IMG/VR virus record: IMGVR_UViG_3300028805_000078
Location: 1 to 64,000 of that record
DNA length: 64,000 bases
Origin: a virus
Taxonomy: Duplodnaviria > Caudoviricetes
Strand: one strand, 5' to 3'
Under the pieces are notes generated by a model. The model made no database searches, was not told the DNA's origin, and saw only the letters and a list, made by a program, of their open reading frames with translations. Numbering within the stretch: position 1 is the first letter of the stretch; every line of letters starts with the position of its first letter. This document shows, in pieces, positions 1 through 9,706 of the stretch. The position numbers were made by a program, and so were the translations under genes.

Positions 1-479
1 GCCTTTGCTTCTTCGTTTTCTTCCGGCAAATCTTCGCCTGCATAAATATACAGTCCGAGACCAAACATGGCGAGATTCTTTGCGAGACAACGCATAACAG
101 CCTTATTGACATCCATCATCGACGCTTTCGCAACTGTCTTTGTGCCGAACTTTGTCGTGATTTCATAAGGTTCTTCCTTCATTGCGTTGTTTGCGCCGTC
201 CATTACTGGCAGCCACATTTCATGCGTCTCGCCTTCAATCGTGATGCTCGTATATACCATGATTCCGAAGATCGGATCGCTGAAGAACGGCAAATTTCTT
301 TCGTTCCGTTCGATCTTGTACGTGGCATCCGGATAGCGCTTTCTTACTTCAGACCATGCCCATACCCAGCTCAAATAATTCAGCTTCTGTTTGCCGGTGT
401 CCTTCTGTTCCACATGTTCGTTTACATTAATTGCGTTCAATACCGAGAACACGTCAGGTTTTTGCTTTTCGTTTGCCAT
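1..479 (-). CDS. Sak/DUF1071-like single-strand annealing protein (runs off window edge)
   Basis: Hand translation from ATG 479 (AAGGAG upstream): MANEKQKPDVFSVLNAINVNEHVE..YLSWVWAW..EMWLPVMD..DVNKAVMRCLAKNLAMFGLGLYIYAGEDLP, which are DUF1071/Sak motifs. Absent from the ORF track because it is truncated. Confidence 0.85.
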   Translation of the reverse strand, partial: MANEKQKPDVFSVLNAINVNEHVEQKDTGKQKLNYLSWVWAWSEVRKRYPDATYKIERNERNLPFFSDPIFGIMVYTSITIEGETHEMWLPVMDGANNAMKEEPYEITTKFGTKTVAKASMMDVNKAVMRCLAKNLAMFGLGLYIYAGEDLPEENEEAK

Positions 480-1017
480 AGATTCTCCTTTCGTTTATAA
501 AACGTTCTTTCTCGAGTTCGTGGTCCGCAGCGGCGAGACCTGTTTGCATTACAAGAGGCACTATTTGTGAAAAAACGAGCGGATAAAACCGGTCGTCTTT
601 CGTGAGCCGTTCATTAAGATATTTTTCCCGAAGCAGTTCTTTTTTCATGCGCTGCCATTTGTCATCCGTAAACCTGTTAGTTTTATCCGGTACACGTTTA
701 ATAAACACCGGCGCACCTGTCTGATTACCGTTATTGTCACAAGGGAACCAACATAAAATTCCATTCGGGAAAAATTTTTTATACTCTTTTGAGTTTACAC
801 GGGTTCTGTAGTTAGACATAAAATCGATCAGCATATCGTTGCCATAAAGTGACGCAACAAGAACACGCCGAAGCGTTTCGTATATCCGTCCTACGCGAAC
901 CACTTGCCACGGAGAATAATTTTGATTCATGCTTTGCGTTTTGGATGCGAGCACATAAGAAGGACGCATCTTGCCTTTGACAGCGTCCTTCTCATCTATA
1001 ATGCCAAGAAAATACAT
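454..1017 (-). CDS. hypothetical protein (187 aa)
   Basis: ORF overlapping the RNAP-1 stop (TAATG); no motif recognised. Confidence 0.65.
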   Translation of the reverse strand: MYFLGIIDEKDAVKGKMRPSYVLASKTQSMNQNYSPWQVVRVGRIYETLRRVLVASLYGNDMLIDFMSNYRTRVNSKEYKKFFPNGILCWFPCDNNGNQTGAPVFIKRVPDKTNRFTDDKWQRMKKELLREKYLNERLTKDDRFYPLVFSQIVPLVMQTGLAAADHELEKERFINERRIYGKRKAKT

Positions 1018-3254
1018 TATGCAGCCTTCCTTTTTCTCAGCTTGCTGACGTTTTTACGCACCTGCAATCTGCGATATTCCTTCTGGCACTCAGGACAACG
1101 GCACTGGCGCGGGTTCAAGCGCTCTACCATTTTGCCGCAGCCTGCACACTCGAAATAATCCGGAAGACGATCTCTGCACCTGTGCTTCTTACTCCATTCA
1201 GGAAGACGTGTTCCGCAATGCTCGCATACTGTACATGTTTTCAAATTATTCTTAAGGCGTTCAAGTGCTATGTCTCCGAAGACGTTCCAGAATTCCTGTT
1301 TATAAGTACGTTTAACAACTCCGTCTCCCGCAAACAAAAATCGAACGATAGGCCCATACGCTTCTTCAAGCGGGGCAACTTCTTCGATTTTCTTCGCAAT
1401 AGATTCGGCAACAAGAAGCGTTTTCATCAGAGTACTTCTTTCGCCAAGATCTGAATTTTTCTGTGCGATAACATTGCAAAGTGTAGCTTCACTACAAGCG
1501 TTAATGAATGTTTCAACGGCCTGTTTGTTGTTTCCGGCATCGCTTTCGTTCATGAGCATCTTATAATTGAACGGAGGAACACCGGCATAACGCAAATCAA
1601 GACGTCCTACGTCATTAAACGCGGCACAGATACGGTTCATTGTAGAGTTGTTTGGAAGAGCACATTTCTCCGGGGGCAAACCGTCTTCACGACGCCCGTT
1701 CTTGCTGAACTGGAACCAATACGGCATTTTGCCTCGCTTGCCACCAATGGATTTCAGTATGCGTTTGTTGATTTCCGGATAGTTTTCATAAGAATCGATC
1801 CGTCCACATTTCGCCGCATCTATGACAGCATTGTTAAATCTTGTTAAACATGCAGCTGCAAATATATCCGGATTTTCTCTGTTCCAGAGTTTTGTCAAAT
1901 TATTCGACACCTGTCCGATGCCGCTGTAATCGTGTGCGCGTTTCAGTCCGTTAAACAATGTCTCGTAAGACAGTTGTTCTTTGTCGGCTTTGTAAGCGTC
2001 GTAGAACAGCGGAACGATGTCCATCTGTTTTATGTTTCGCTTCGCAGCTTCAATGATAACAGATTCGAGCACGCAGTTGAGCTGATCACCATCATTATCG
2101 AATTGCAGTATCCTTGAGATCAGATCGTGGCAGCTAGTATAAATGCCATTTGTTCTGAACCATTTGCGAACTTCGGTATCCTTACTGATTTTTCTGACGG
2201 CGTGCTCCATATACAAAGAGGGAGAACGCAGAACATCCAATTCCTCTTCGTTTTTATAGATTGGAGAGTAGACGTAGCCGTCCGGCAACAAACCTTTCGG
2301 TTCCGTTTCATCGAGGAACCAGAATTCACATGCCGCATAAAGATCCGGGATTGCAAAAAGCCGCTTGTTGTTGCACAGGATCGCGCCACTCTTTGCGTCG
2401 AGCACCATACGTTTCTTGATCGCTTTAAGCACATCGCGCGCATAGCCGTCCCGCAACAACTCGTTATAGATCGCAAGCGCAGCCTGGTAACTTCTGTCGC
2501 TTTGTTCGTCGGCACCGAGCGTACGAAGCATGCAATCTTTGTTTTTGTTCAGGTTTTTGATTTTATTATGCGTTTGATGTGTATATGCTTTGATATCATC
2601 GTCTGAAAAATCTACAAGTGCCTGTGTCATCTGGTAATTGAGTGTCGTATTTTGTATCCATGTTTCTTCGTAGTTCGTACAACACAAATGACAACCGCAT
2701 TCATTGAACTTGCGAACATAATCTTCCCAGGAATCATAATATTTTGCCATTTTGAACTGTGACTCCGTAAGAATGACGCGGATATCTTCATTAATAAGAT
2801 CGTGTTCCTTGCCCCAAAAATCTTTGAGAACAGGTTTGTGATCGTGAACTTTGCAAAATTCAATGTAATCAAACTCTGAAAGAAGCCCCTTGATCCAAGG
2901 CGCACGTATCATTACGTTCGCAGACGGAAGCGTTCCCGGTAATGCCATTCCGCAGCCGTCACAATGATTGATCAAAACGGTATAAATACCTCGTTCAAGG
3001 ACGTAACCGGGTTTAATATAATCCATTACGCCTGTAACCGGCGCTTCGAAGTCCTTGATAACGATACATTTTTCAATAGGAAAATCCCAAATTTCTGTCG
3101 CGGACGAGGGTAAGGAAAGGTACGCGCAATATTTATTAGAATTAATACCACCGCGTTCGTTTATTTCATTCCATGTGAGGCCGCAAGTCATTTGTGGCTC
3201 TATTTTTTTCCACATTTCATCCGACAAAAATTGTGTCTTATCGGTTCTTAATTG
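1017..3254 (-). CDS. YonO-like single-subunit RNA polymerase (RNAP-1), exon 2
   Basis: Motifs CDGCG, IRAPWIKG, LRSP, catalytic FDNDGD (nt 2085-2099), IGQVSN, IDAAKCG and C-terminal CxxC zinc ribbons. The frame is open from the predicted 3' splice site (QLRTDKTQFLSDEMWKK). Confidence 0.85.
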   Translation of the reverse strand, partial: QLRTDKTQFLSDEMWKKIEPQMTCGLTWNEINERGGINSNKYCAYLSLPSSATEIWDFPIEKCIVIKDFEAPVTGVMDYIKPGYVLERGIYTVLINHCDGCGMALPGTLPSANVMIRAPWIKGLLSEFDYIEFCKVHDHKPVLKDFWGKEHDLINEDIRVILTESQFKMAKYYDSWEDYVRKFNECGCHLCCTNYEETWIQNTTLNYQMTQALVDFSDDDIKAYTHQTHNKIKNLNKNKDCMLRTLGADEQSDRSYQAALAIYNELLRDGYARDVLKAIKKRMVLDAKSGAILCNNKRLFAIPDLYAACEFWFLDETEPKGLLPDGYVYSPIYKNEEELDVLRSPSLYMEHAVRKISKDTEVRKWFRTNGIYTSCHDLISRILQFDNDGDQLNCVLESVIIEAAKRNIKQMDIVPLFYDAYKADKEQLSYETLFNGLKRAHDYSGIGQVSNNLTKLWNRENPDIFAAACLTRFNNAVIDAAKCGRIDSYENYPEINKRILKSIGGKRGKMPYWFQFSKNGRREDGLPPEKCALPNNSTMNRICAAFNDVGRLDLRYAGVPPFNYKMLMNESDAGNNKQAVETFINACSEATLCNVIAQKNSDLGERSTLMKTLLVAESIAKKIEEVAPLEEAYGPIVRFLFAGDGVVKRTYKQEFWNVFGDIALERLKNNLKTCTVCEHCGTRLPEWSKKHRCRDRLPDYFECAGCGKMVERLNPRQCRCPECQKEYRRLQVRKNVSKLRKRKAA

Positions 3255-4436
3255 CGTATGATCCCTATTTTCATAGGGTACTGACTATATCTTACTACTA
3301 TAAAAGTAGAAACCCATTTCGAACTGCGTGCCAATAGCAGTCCTACTCTCCCGTTCCGGAGATAGTCGATACAGGCTCTGTCTATGCGACAGTTCCCACG
3401 GGATTAGCATGTGTATGCAAAATTGTATTTAAACAGGTTTCAACGTCTTCGTCGTAACGAATTTCATAAAGTGATATGTTATGATCTTTACAGTAATTTC
3501 TTTTCATTGGATCAGTTACAAGTCTTTGTTGATCTCCAAAGCCTTTTGGTCCAATTTGTTGGTAATGTTGTATTCCCTGAAATTCTATTAGACAACAAAT
3601 GTTATTATCATTATCGAATACCGCAAAATCAAACATTAAACGCGTCTTCCTTCCTTTTGCGCTAACCAAAAAGAGATCGTCTATTTTATAGTTCTTTCTG
3701 TATTTGATATTTTGCTCTGTCAAAAGTTTGGCGATTAACTCTTCTCCTTTTGATTTTACACAGCCGCAGGATACAACGTGCCCACTTAAGAAATCCGTAG
3801 TGGTAACATAAGTTATTCCACCGCAATCGCATTTACACAGCCACAACACCTGTCTGTGTGAACGCATATCTGTCGGTTCTATTGCAACAAGTTTCCCTGA
3901 ACGTTTATTGGAAATATCGACATAGAGTTTTGGTCCCATAACATCTTTCAATATGCAACCACATGATCTTGTCGTTCCATAATTCAGTCTTCCTGTTGTA
4001 ACATAACATATATTTCCACAATCGCAAAGACATTTCCAATATACTTTGTAATCTTTGATATATGCTTTTTCTACAACTGTAAGTTTACTAAAACGTTTAC
4101 CAGTTAAATCCTGTTGTCGTCTCTTTGAAGATAATTGGTTTCTCACGCAGCCACAACTTGTTGTATTACCCGAACGCATTGAGTAACCATCTTCAACGCA
4201 CTTATTGCCGCAATCGCAAATGCAATTCCATAAACTTCGGGAACCAGAACCAGATTTTTTAGTTCCTGCAAAACTTTCAACGAATAATTTTCCGAACTTT
4301 TGTCCGGTTATATCTTTAATTCTATTCATAACATTACACCTCCTTTCATTGATAGTTATTGCATACATTTAGCTTTCCCCGTTAGCCGCATAACGCGACC
4401 CCTTTGGCAAAGGAAAGGGATTTACAGGCCAAGTTG
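3255..4436 (-). mobile_element. group I intron (1182 nt) in the RNAP-1 gene
   Basis: Exon 1 ends in U (GCT GGT|) and the intron ends in G (CATACG|CAA TTA AGA). The IGS TTGGCC pairs with the joined exons GGT|CAA. The S element AAGATATAGTCAG and a P9 hairpin lie near the 3' end. Splicing restores CTASAG|QLRTDK in frame. Confidence 0.85.
3382..4329 (-). CDS. intron-encoded homing endonuclease (Cys-rich repeats plus Vsr/DUF559-like nuclease domain)
   Basis: Three repeats of D.TG..F.KL...W.C.CDCG...G...SCGC, then SKGE..FDFAV..LIEFQGIQHY. Probable start ATG 4329 after AAAGGAGG. Confidence 0.75.
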   Translation of the reverse strand: MNRIKDITGQKFGKLFVESFAGTKKSGSGSRSLWNCICDCGNKCVEDGYSMRSGNTTSCGCVRNQLSSKRRQQDLTGKRFSKLTVVEKAYIKDYKVYWKCLCDCGNICYVTTGRLNYGTTRSCGCILKDVMGPKLYVDISNKRSGKLVAIEPTDMRSHRQVLWLCKCDCGGITYVTTTDFLSGHVVSCGCVKSKGEELIAKLLTEQNIKYRKNYKIDDLFLVSAKGRKTRLMFDFAVFDNDNNICCLIEFQGIQHYQQIGPKGFGDQQRLVTDPMKRNYCKDHNISLYEIRYDEDVETCLNTILHTHANPVGTVA

Positions 4437-4979
4437 ACCAGCACTTGCTGTACAGAAATGAAAATGTTTTTCTACCAAATTTCCGTTTTCATCCTTGACA
4501 GTCATCGAAAATCCGTTTAGTACGATCTGCTCCAAAACATCAAGAGACCGCCACGATACAATGACTTTATCCATACAAACTTCATCCGTTTGTATGCCCA
4601 TTGCACGGGATTGTTCAGACACAAATTCACAAATTTTCTTTGTGATCTTAATGTTATCCCACGATACATAATCAGGCGGTTTACCGTTTTCGAAACACCT
4701 ATAATCGCACACGAGACGGGTGTTTACTTTTCTTGTAATGTTTTTATTGTGTGCAATAAGCTCTTTTAGTTTGTCCGCAGCTTCTTTTTTGACGTTTAAT
4801 ATTCGTTCTTTATGGTTTTCGTCTGCGTTTTTAAGCTTCATCAGTTCCGCGAGTTCCTGTTTGCATTTCAGGATAAGCAGATACTGTTCCGCTTCCTCAT
4901 CCGTGAACAGATCAGACGTAGACAGGCTTACAAGTTTGATCTGATTCAGGAGATAAGTCTTTTTCGAAATGAGCAACAC
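4437..4979 (-). CDS. RNAP-1, exon 1 (spliced product about 926 aa)
   Basis: 181 codons ending ...HFHFCTASAG, in frame with exon 2 after intron removal. Confidence 0.8.
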
Positions 4980-4995
4980 CTTCTTTCGATGTAAA

Positions 4996-5271
4996 TCATG
5001 TTGCTTGTTGTGTTATTTCGTTTGACCAAGGAAAACTGTTTCTGTCTTTGTTCGTCGGCTTTCCTGTCCAAAACCGACAAGTTAAAGACGGTGTCAGCAT
5101 TCTTTCCCAAAAAGAAAAATAGAGCCCGTCATGAATTTCAAAACGGGCTAATAAACTATTGTCATTTATGCGGCGAAGAACGGTGAAATGCTGTGGCCGC
5201 ATGGAACGGTATTCTTCGATCCAGTAGCGGCCGCCTTCGCACATGTCTTCAAAAGCGATCGGTTTTATCAT
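4996..5271 (-). CDS. hypothetical protein, paralog of the ORF ending at 19399
   Basis: Shared pattern I.FE...E..RY..E ... R[FY]W...PT...R....W. Confidence 0.65.
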   Translation of the reverse strand: MIKPIAFEDMCEGGRYWIEEYRSMRPQHFTVLRRINDNSLLARFEIHDGLYFSFWERMLTPSLTCRFWTGKPTNKDRNSFPWSNEITQQAT

Positions 5272-5513
5272 ATATTATCGCGCTTTGTTTTGTCTTTCTG
5301 CTCGAGATACTCGAACATTCCGAGCAAAAGCTTGTTCATCAGAGGATGGTTGTGCTTACCGGAAAGCCGGCACAATTCTTCAGTCGCTGCGAGCCAATAT
5401 TCATCTGACTCGTTTGTGAGTATCGGTTTCCCAGGCACATCTGAGAAGCACTTGAGAAACCCGTATGCGTCAACGAAGATTTCGCGTTCCTTCTCTGTCA
5501 TAATGAGCACCAC
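5268..5513 (-). CDS. hypothetical protein
   Basis: ORF in a tightly packed minus-strand operon. Confidence 0.6.
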   Translation of the reverse strand: MVLIMTEKEREIFVDAYGFLKCFSDVPGKPILTNESDEYWLAATEELCRLSGKHNHPLMNKLLLGMFEYLEQKDKTKRDNI

Positions 5514-5515
5514 AC

Positions 5516-5887
5516 TTAAGAATTAAGCAGATCGTCTATTGCTATCGGTTCTTCAGTCTCTTCTTCGTCGGCACATGTAATCGTATGACCGTTGAAATCA
5601 AGTTCATCGCCCGGTTCCATACGCCTCACTTCGCGGACACATTCATCTCTGTCATCTTCCAAACGCCGCTGCTTGTATTCATCGAACGCGTAATAATAAT
5701 CGTCCTGATTTACTTCATACAGCGCGGTTGCCGCACGATAACTGTAGCCGCAGATATCTATTTCACCGTAGCATTCATTCAGATAATCATCAAACTCGTC
5801 TGCGCTGTAATCGTCTTCGCTGTAGCAGTCTTCGGCGATGTCTTCAGGCGTCTCGTATTCTGTATCTCCGTCAAGTATGTAAATCAT
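5516..5887 (-). CDS. small, very acidic protein (possible DNA mimic)
   Basis: 123 aa, strongly D/E- and Y-rich. Confidence 0.65.
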   Translation of the reverse strand: MIYILDGDTEYETPEDIAEDCYSEDDYSADEFDDYLNECYGEIDICGYSYRAATALYEVNQDDYYYAFDEYKQRRLEDDRDECVREVRRMEPGDELDFNGHTITCADEEETEEPIAIDDLLNS

Positions 5888-5901
5888 TTTGTCACCCGCA
5901 T

Positions 5902-6090
5902 TTAATAATCATTGAGGTTTAATCCTTCTTCGTATGCAGCTTCATACAGGGCGGATAAATTGCCCTTTTGAAACTGCTCCATCAGTATGCATTCCTTCTT
6001 TTTCCATTCTTTTACATGTTCAAAGAGCATATCGATCTGCGCTTCATATTGTGCAACAATGTCCTGCAAAAGCTTTTTGTTGTCAATCAT
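5902..6090 (-). CDS. hypothetical protein
   Basis: ORF overlapping its neighbour in the operon. Confidence 0.55.
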   Translation of the reverse strand: MIDNKKLLQDIVAQYEAQIDMLFEHVKEWKKKECILMEQFQKGNLSALYEAAYEEGLNLNDY

Positions 6091-6361
6091 TGAAAAATTC
6101 CTCGTTTACCATTTTGCGATAAAGCGTTTCCGTATCAATGTGTTCTACTGCGGAAGAAAGTACTTCGCTTATTAGATCGGAAACGTAAGCGCTTACGGAA
6201 TCAAGTAGGTCAGAATACACCGAACCATAGAAACCGATTTTGTCGGCCTCGTCACGTTCGTCATCTTCAGGGCTCGGCACACAGATATTGTTTTCGATCA
6301 GAACATCCTCAATCATACCGATGATGTTTGATGCTTCCATTCTTGTGTAAATCGTACGCAT
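6083..6361 (-). CDS. hypothetical protein
   Basis: GAGGAGG upstream; operon context. Confidence 0.65.
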   Translation of the reverse strand: MRTIYTRMEASNIIGMIEDVLIENNICVPSPEDDERDEADKIGFYGSVYSDLLDSVSAYVSDLISEVLSSAVEHIDTETLYRKMVNEEFFND

Positions 6362-6374
6362 AAGAATGCCCTCC

Positions 6375-7235
6375 TCACTGATTCATATGTTGCGAAAGAA
6401 ACACCTTGATTGCGCTCAAGAGGCAATCATGCCAGGAATCGTCTTCGTCTCTGATCTCACGGTAGAGCGAAGCGATTTCTTCCGCGTTGTCTTCGATCAA
6501 CGCAGCTTCTTCTTCAGTGAACTGACCTTCGTCCGCGTTTTCAAGCTCCGTGAGTACGTCTTCCTTATCAAAATCGTCCTGCATCGAATAATACAGCAGG
6601 CGCATTTTGTCACTCGGAACACGCACCTTCAAATCGATGCCGAAGTATTTCGTAAATACGTTTGCGGACATATTGTCTTCGTCGTATTCCGCGGAATACG
6701 CCTGTGTGTTGACAGCTTCTTCACTGTGCCACTTGAGACCGCGCGCTCTGTAAAGCGGCAGCCAGTGCGCTTCATAGAAATCGTAGCCCGCGCCGTCGAT
6801 ACCAAATATGAAACCGTAATCTTCCTGTTCGTAAATGCGGAAACCGCATTCGCTCATCAGCTTAAGACCGTCGGTTTCAAATTCATTGCGCAGCCAGTCA
6901 TTATCGATCTCGTCGTGGAACGCCCAAAGGGTTCCCCACATCGGGAGGAAGTCTTCTCTTTCAACATCGAAATCTTCCAACAGACAGGTTACATCGTCTC
7001 CGTTATCCAGATGAATCAGATACATGTCGTCATCTTTAAGTCCAGTTGGCGTAAGCATGATTTCTCCGGATTCATGGCTGTCGAATACATATACACGGTC
7101 TCCGCGTGTGGGCATAGTAACTTCGACCATTTCTTCATCATTGTTGTTCAGAAGTTTTTCAACAACATTGTACGGCAGCGCATTAAAGGTTTCTACCCAT
7201 GCTCTGCACGCTTCGAGTTCGGAAGAATAGAGCAT
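6375..7235 (-). CDS. acidic hypothetical protein (286 aa)
   Basis: AAGGAG RBS; conserved-looking blocks PMWGTLW and GIDGAGYDFYEAHWLPLY; function unknown. Confidence 0.75.
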   Translation of the reverse strand: MLYSSELEACRAWVETFNALPYNVVEKLLNNNDEEMVEVTMPTRGDRVYVFDSHESGEIMLTPTGLKDDDMYLIHLDNGDDVTCLLEDFDVEREDFLPMWGTLWAFHDEIDNDWLRNEFETDGLKLMSECGFRIYEQEDYGFIFGIDGAGYDFYEAHWLPLYRARGLKWHSEEAVNTQAYSAEYDEDNMSANVFTKYFGIDLKVRVPSDKMRLLYYSMQDDFDKEDVLTELENADEGQFTEEEAALIEDNAEEIASLYREIRDEDDSWHDCLLSAIKVFLSQHMNQ

Positions 7236-7239
7236 CTAA

Positions 7240-7620
7240 TCATCTCCTTTTCTGGAACGGGATCAGTCGACCCCAGCACTCCTTGCAGCTGCCAGCTGAA
7301 TCACAGTCAATATCTCCTTCGTCTGCTTCGTTTCCATATAACCAAATCGGACAAAACGATTCAGGCGTACCGTCTTCGCCGAGCTTCACTTTCGGAAATG
7401 TCTTCAGTAGATAACTCAAATACGTTTCCGCTTCGGTTTCGTACTTTGCAAGTGTTTCACAAGTAAGTGCAAGCTGCCCAAGAGTAATCGTTTCATCAAG
7501 AGGCTTATTGAGTTTTATAGATAAGATCGGGCAGATTTCCCAGCTATAACCGGAAAATGGACAATCAGAACATTCATTGAATCTGTCGCAGTAGGACGTG
7601 GCGAGTTCTTTAACGGTCAT
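7240..7620 (-). CDS. Cys-rich hypothetical protein
   Basis: Cys clusters at both ends (CSDCP, CKECW); RBS upstream. Confidence 0.65.
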   Translation of the reverse strand: MTVKELATSYCDRFNECSDCPFSGYSWEICPILSIKLNKPLDETITLGQLALTCETLAKYETEAETYLSYLLKTFPKVKLGEDGTPESFCPIWLYGNEADEGDIDCDSAGSCKECWGRLIPFQKRR

Positions 7621-7692
7621 GAATTTCTACTTGATTTCTCCTTAATTTTTTGTCGCGGTTGATTTATGGCTCAACCGCGAAAGCCGTTAAAA

Positions 7693-8103
7693 TTACTGCT
7701 CGAGAAGTTCGTCTTCCGCTTCGGAGATCAGTCTGTCGAGGTCATCTTTCGTACCGCCGAGAGCCAGCTCTACGACGATATCGTCGAGCTTTTCGCGCTG
7801 CATCATATTGATACTGCACTGCTCTTCGTCAATCTTCTTGAGCTCAGGCGAACGGTATCCACGTTCCAAACCGTAGTCAGATCGGTAGTAACTGCTTATT
7901 GCCAAACTTACGTTCTGCGGCGCAATCATGTCGCCAAACTCTTTGTTGAGCCTGTCGGCGATATATGCGTATAGTTCGTCCATTACCGAGATGATCTTTT
8001 GCTTTTCCGCATTCGTTCTTTCGATAAGCGGTGCGCGCTTGATTTCATAGACTTTGGACAGCTTCTTGTCGAGATAGTTTTGCACTTCTTTTGTTACTTT
8101 CAT
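7693..8103 (-). CDS. hypothetical helical protein downstream of the RT locus
   Basis: AAGGAG RBS immediately after ncRNA B and a (GTTTT)n run. Confidence 0.7.
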   Translation of the reverse strand: MKVTKEVQNYLDKKLSKVYEIKRAPLIERTNAEKQKIISVMDELYAYIADRLNKEFGDMIAPQNVSLAISSYYRSDYGLERGYRSPELKKIDEEQCSINMMQREKLDDIVVELALGGTKDDLDRLISEAEDELLEQ

Positions 8104-8137
8104 TGTTCTCTCTCCTTATTTTGTTTTGTTTTGTTTT

Positions 8138-8456
8138 GTTTCACAATCTGAATAAGTATGTATCCGGAATTCCTGGATCCGCATTCCACCTCATCTTCCA
8201 GTGATCTCAGTCTTTTATAAATTCTCTTCGAGGTAACTTGGTAACTCTCGGCAAGTGCTTTAATGTTCACTCGTATTTTCCAGTTATCAGGATATCGTAA
8301 GTTTCAATTACCAATTTACCTGAGTTTGGGTGAGACCCACTGGAATTCAGGCGCCGTCAGTCTACTCCGGCTGGTGCCCTCTCCTTTCTCCGGACACCTT
8401 CGAACTTCAGATTATACCTTAAAGTAAACCTTTTACAGATTTTAGCATTGTGAAAC
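8138..8456 (-). ncRNA. retron-like msr/msd ncRNA, copy B (downstream of RT)
   Basis: 10-bp terminal inverted repeat GTTTCACAAT/ATTGTGAAAC (8138-8147 and 8447-8456), with a candidate branching G at 8446 and two short msr-like hairpins. Shares blocks with copy A. Internal stems 8196-8209/8331-8345 and 8231-8244/8308-8321. Confidence 0.7.
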
Positions 8457-8567
8457 GGTTATTAGTTATATAGCAGGGGAACGGCGAGTTGGCACTCTCG
8501 CATCTCCTAACGTTTGGCGACGGCTGCCTGTTCCGTCCTCGGTTCCCCTGACTGAATCATTTATGAG

Positions 8568-9689
8568 TTATCCATGCAGTATTCTTTTCGTGATTTCTTT
8601 GAATGACACGTTGTATTTTTCTTCGAGTTTTCGCACCATGTAATCTGTGTATTCCTGTTCGATGCTGCGATAATAGCTATAGATTCCGCACATGTAGTTC
8701 ACATCTTCTTTGTTCCACATGACACCGTTGATCCAGTCTGCAAAGAAGTTATTGACCATTGCCTTGAAGATCTTTTTCTTCGCGTGGCCGACCGTAATAT
8801 TGTGGTCCTTATTTAAATTGAGCCCAAGCATGTAGTTGATGCCGGCGACTGAAGAAAATTTCGTCTTTTCCGGTTTGATACGGAACGGTGCGCCGAAATC
8901 TTCGAGCACTTTATCTATGTAAGAGACCATGCGGTCTTTATCGAATTTAGTATAGGAACTGATCTGAATATCGTCGGCGTAACGCGTATAAACAAACTTC
9001 TTCTTCGATACGAGCTCCTTGAAGATCGTGTAATCGATTGGAATCATCATTGCGTTCGTGAGCATCGGCGATATAACAGTTCCCTGCGGAAGTCCGCCAT
9101 GAAGGAAGCAGATCGAAAGAGACGTCTTCAACGTTTCTTTTTCGTCGTCTGTCCAGAAACAAAACGGATATTGCATCGTGAGCATCTTCAGCAGAAATTC
9201 GGGCGTTATCGAACCGAAGAAGTTGCTGAAGTCTGTTCTCAGACACCAGTTTGAGTTGTTGAGCTTATGCTTCATGACTGCATCCTTTGGACAGCGTCCT
9301 TTTATATACGCAAAAGCTGCTGTATGGTAACTGACTCCGTAGTATTTAAGCAGCAGTTCTTTCAATTCGTTCTGCGCTTTCCTGAGTTCAGCGTCCGGAT
9401 CGTCGATCTTTCTGAACCCGCCGTGCGCTTTCGGAATCTTGAACGATCGGTAATGCGTGGAAAGATCTGACTCAATCAGATTCTTATACTTTTCGTTGAA
9501 GATTTTGAGTCTGCTTGCGCGATACATATACAGACCACTACATCTATGTCTTAAGTCGGTTCTCGTTGTCGTCCAGTTTCCCTTTGGCGAATAGAGATAA
9601 AGATTCTCGATTTCGCCGTTCAGAATATCGTCGATCGATATTCTTTTAACGGGCTGTTTTGCAGGCTTCGTACAATAGAATTCTTGCAT
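8568..9689 (-). CDS. retron-type reverse transcriptase (373 aa)
   Basis: IPKAHGGFRKI, AAFAY..DAVMKH (region-X-like), DFSNFF, GLPQGTVISPMLTN, YTRYADDI and MLGL at the region-Y position. No maturase/endonuclease extension and no DGR-type SQ motif. Confidence 0.88.
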   Translation of the reverse strand: MQEFYCTKPAKQPVKRISIDDILNGEIENLYLYSPKGNWTTTRTDLRHRCSGLYMYRASRLKIFNEKYKNLIESDLSTHYRSFKIPKAHGGFRKIDDPDAELRKAQNELKELLLKYYGVSYHTAAFAYIKGRCPKDAVMKHKLNNSNWCLRTDFSNFFGSITPEFLLKMLTMQYPFCFWTDDEKETLKTSLSICFLHGGLPQGTVISPMLTNAMMIPIDYTIFKELVSKKKFVYTRYADDIQISSYTKFDKDRMVSYIDKVLEDFGAPFRIKPEKTKFSSVAGINYMLGLNLNKDHNITVGHAKKKIFKAMVNNFFADWINGVMWNKEDVNYMCGIYSYYRSIEQEYTDYMVRKLEEKYNVSFKEITKRILHG

Positions 9690-9706
9690 CTTTTTTCCTT
9701 TCTGTC

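Noticed and set aside
6366-7466. 366-aa plus-strand ORF and other long antisense ORFs (e.g. 11257-12024, 23486-24184, 30447-31430, 49702-50442)
   Set aside because: They are shadows of well-supported genes on the opposite strand, with no RBS or recognisable motifs.
8568-9689. Group II intron RT/maturase
   Set aside because: Too short, no maturase X or endonuclease domain recognised, no domain V/VI seen, and no interrupted host gene.
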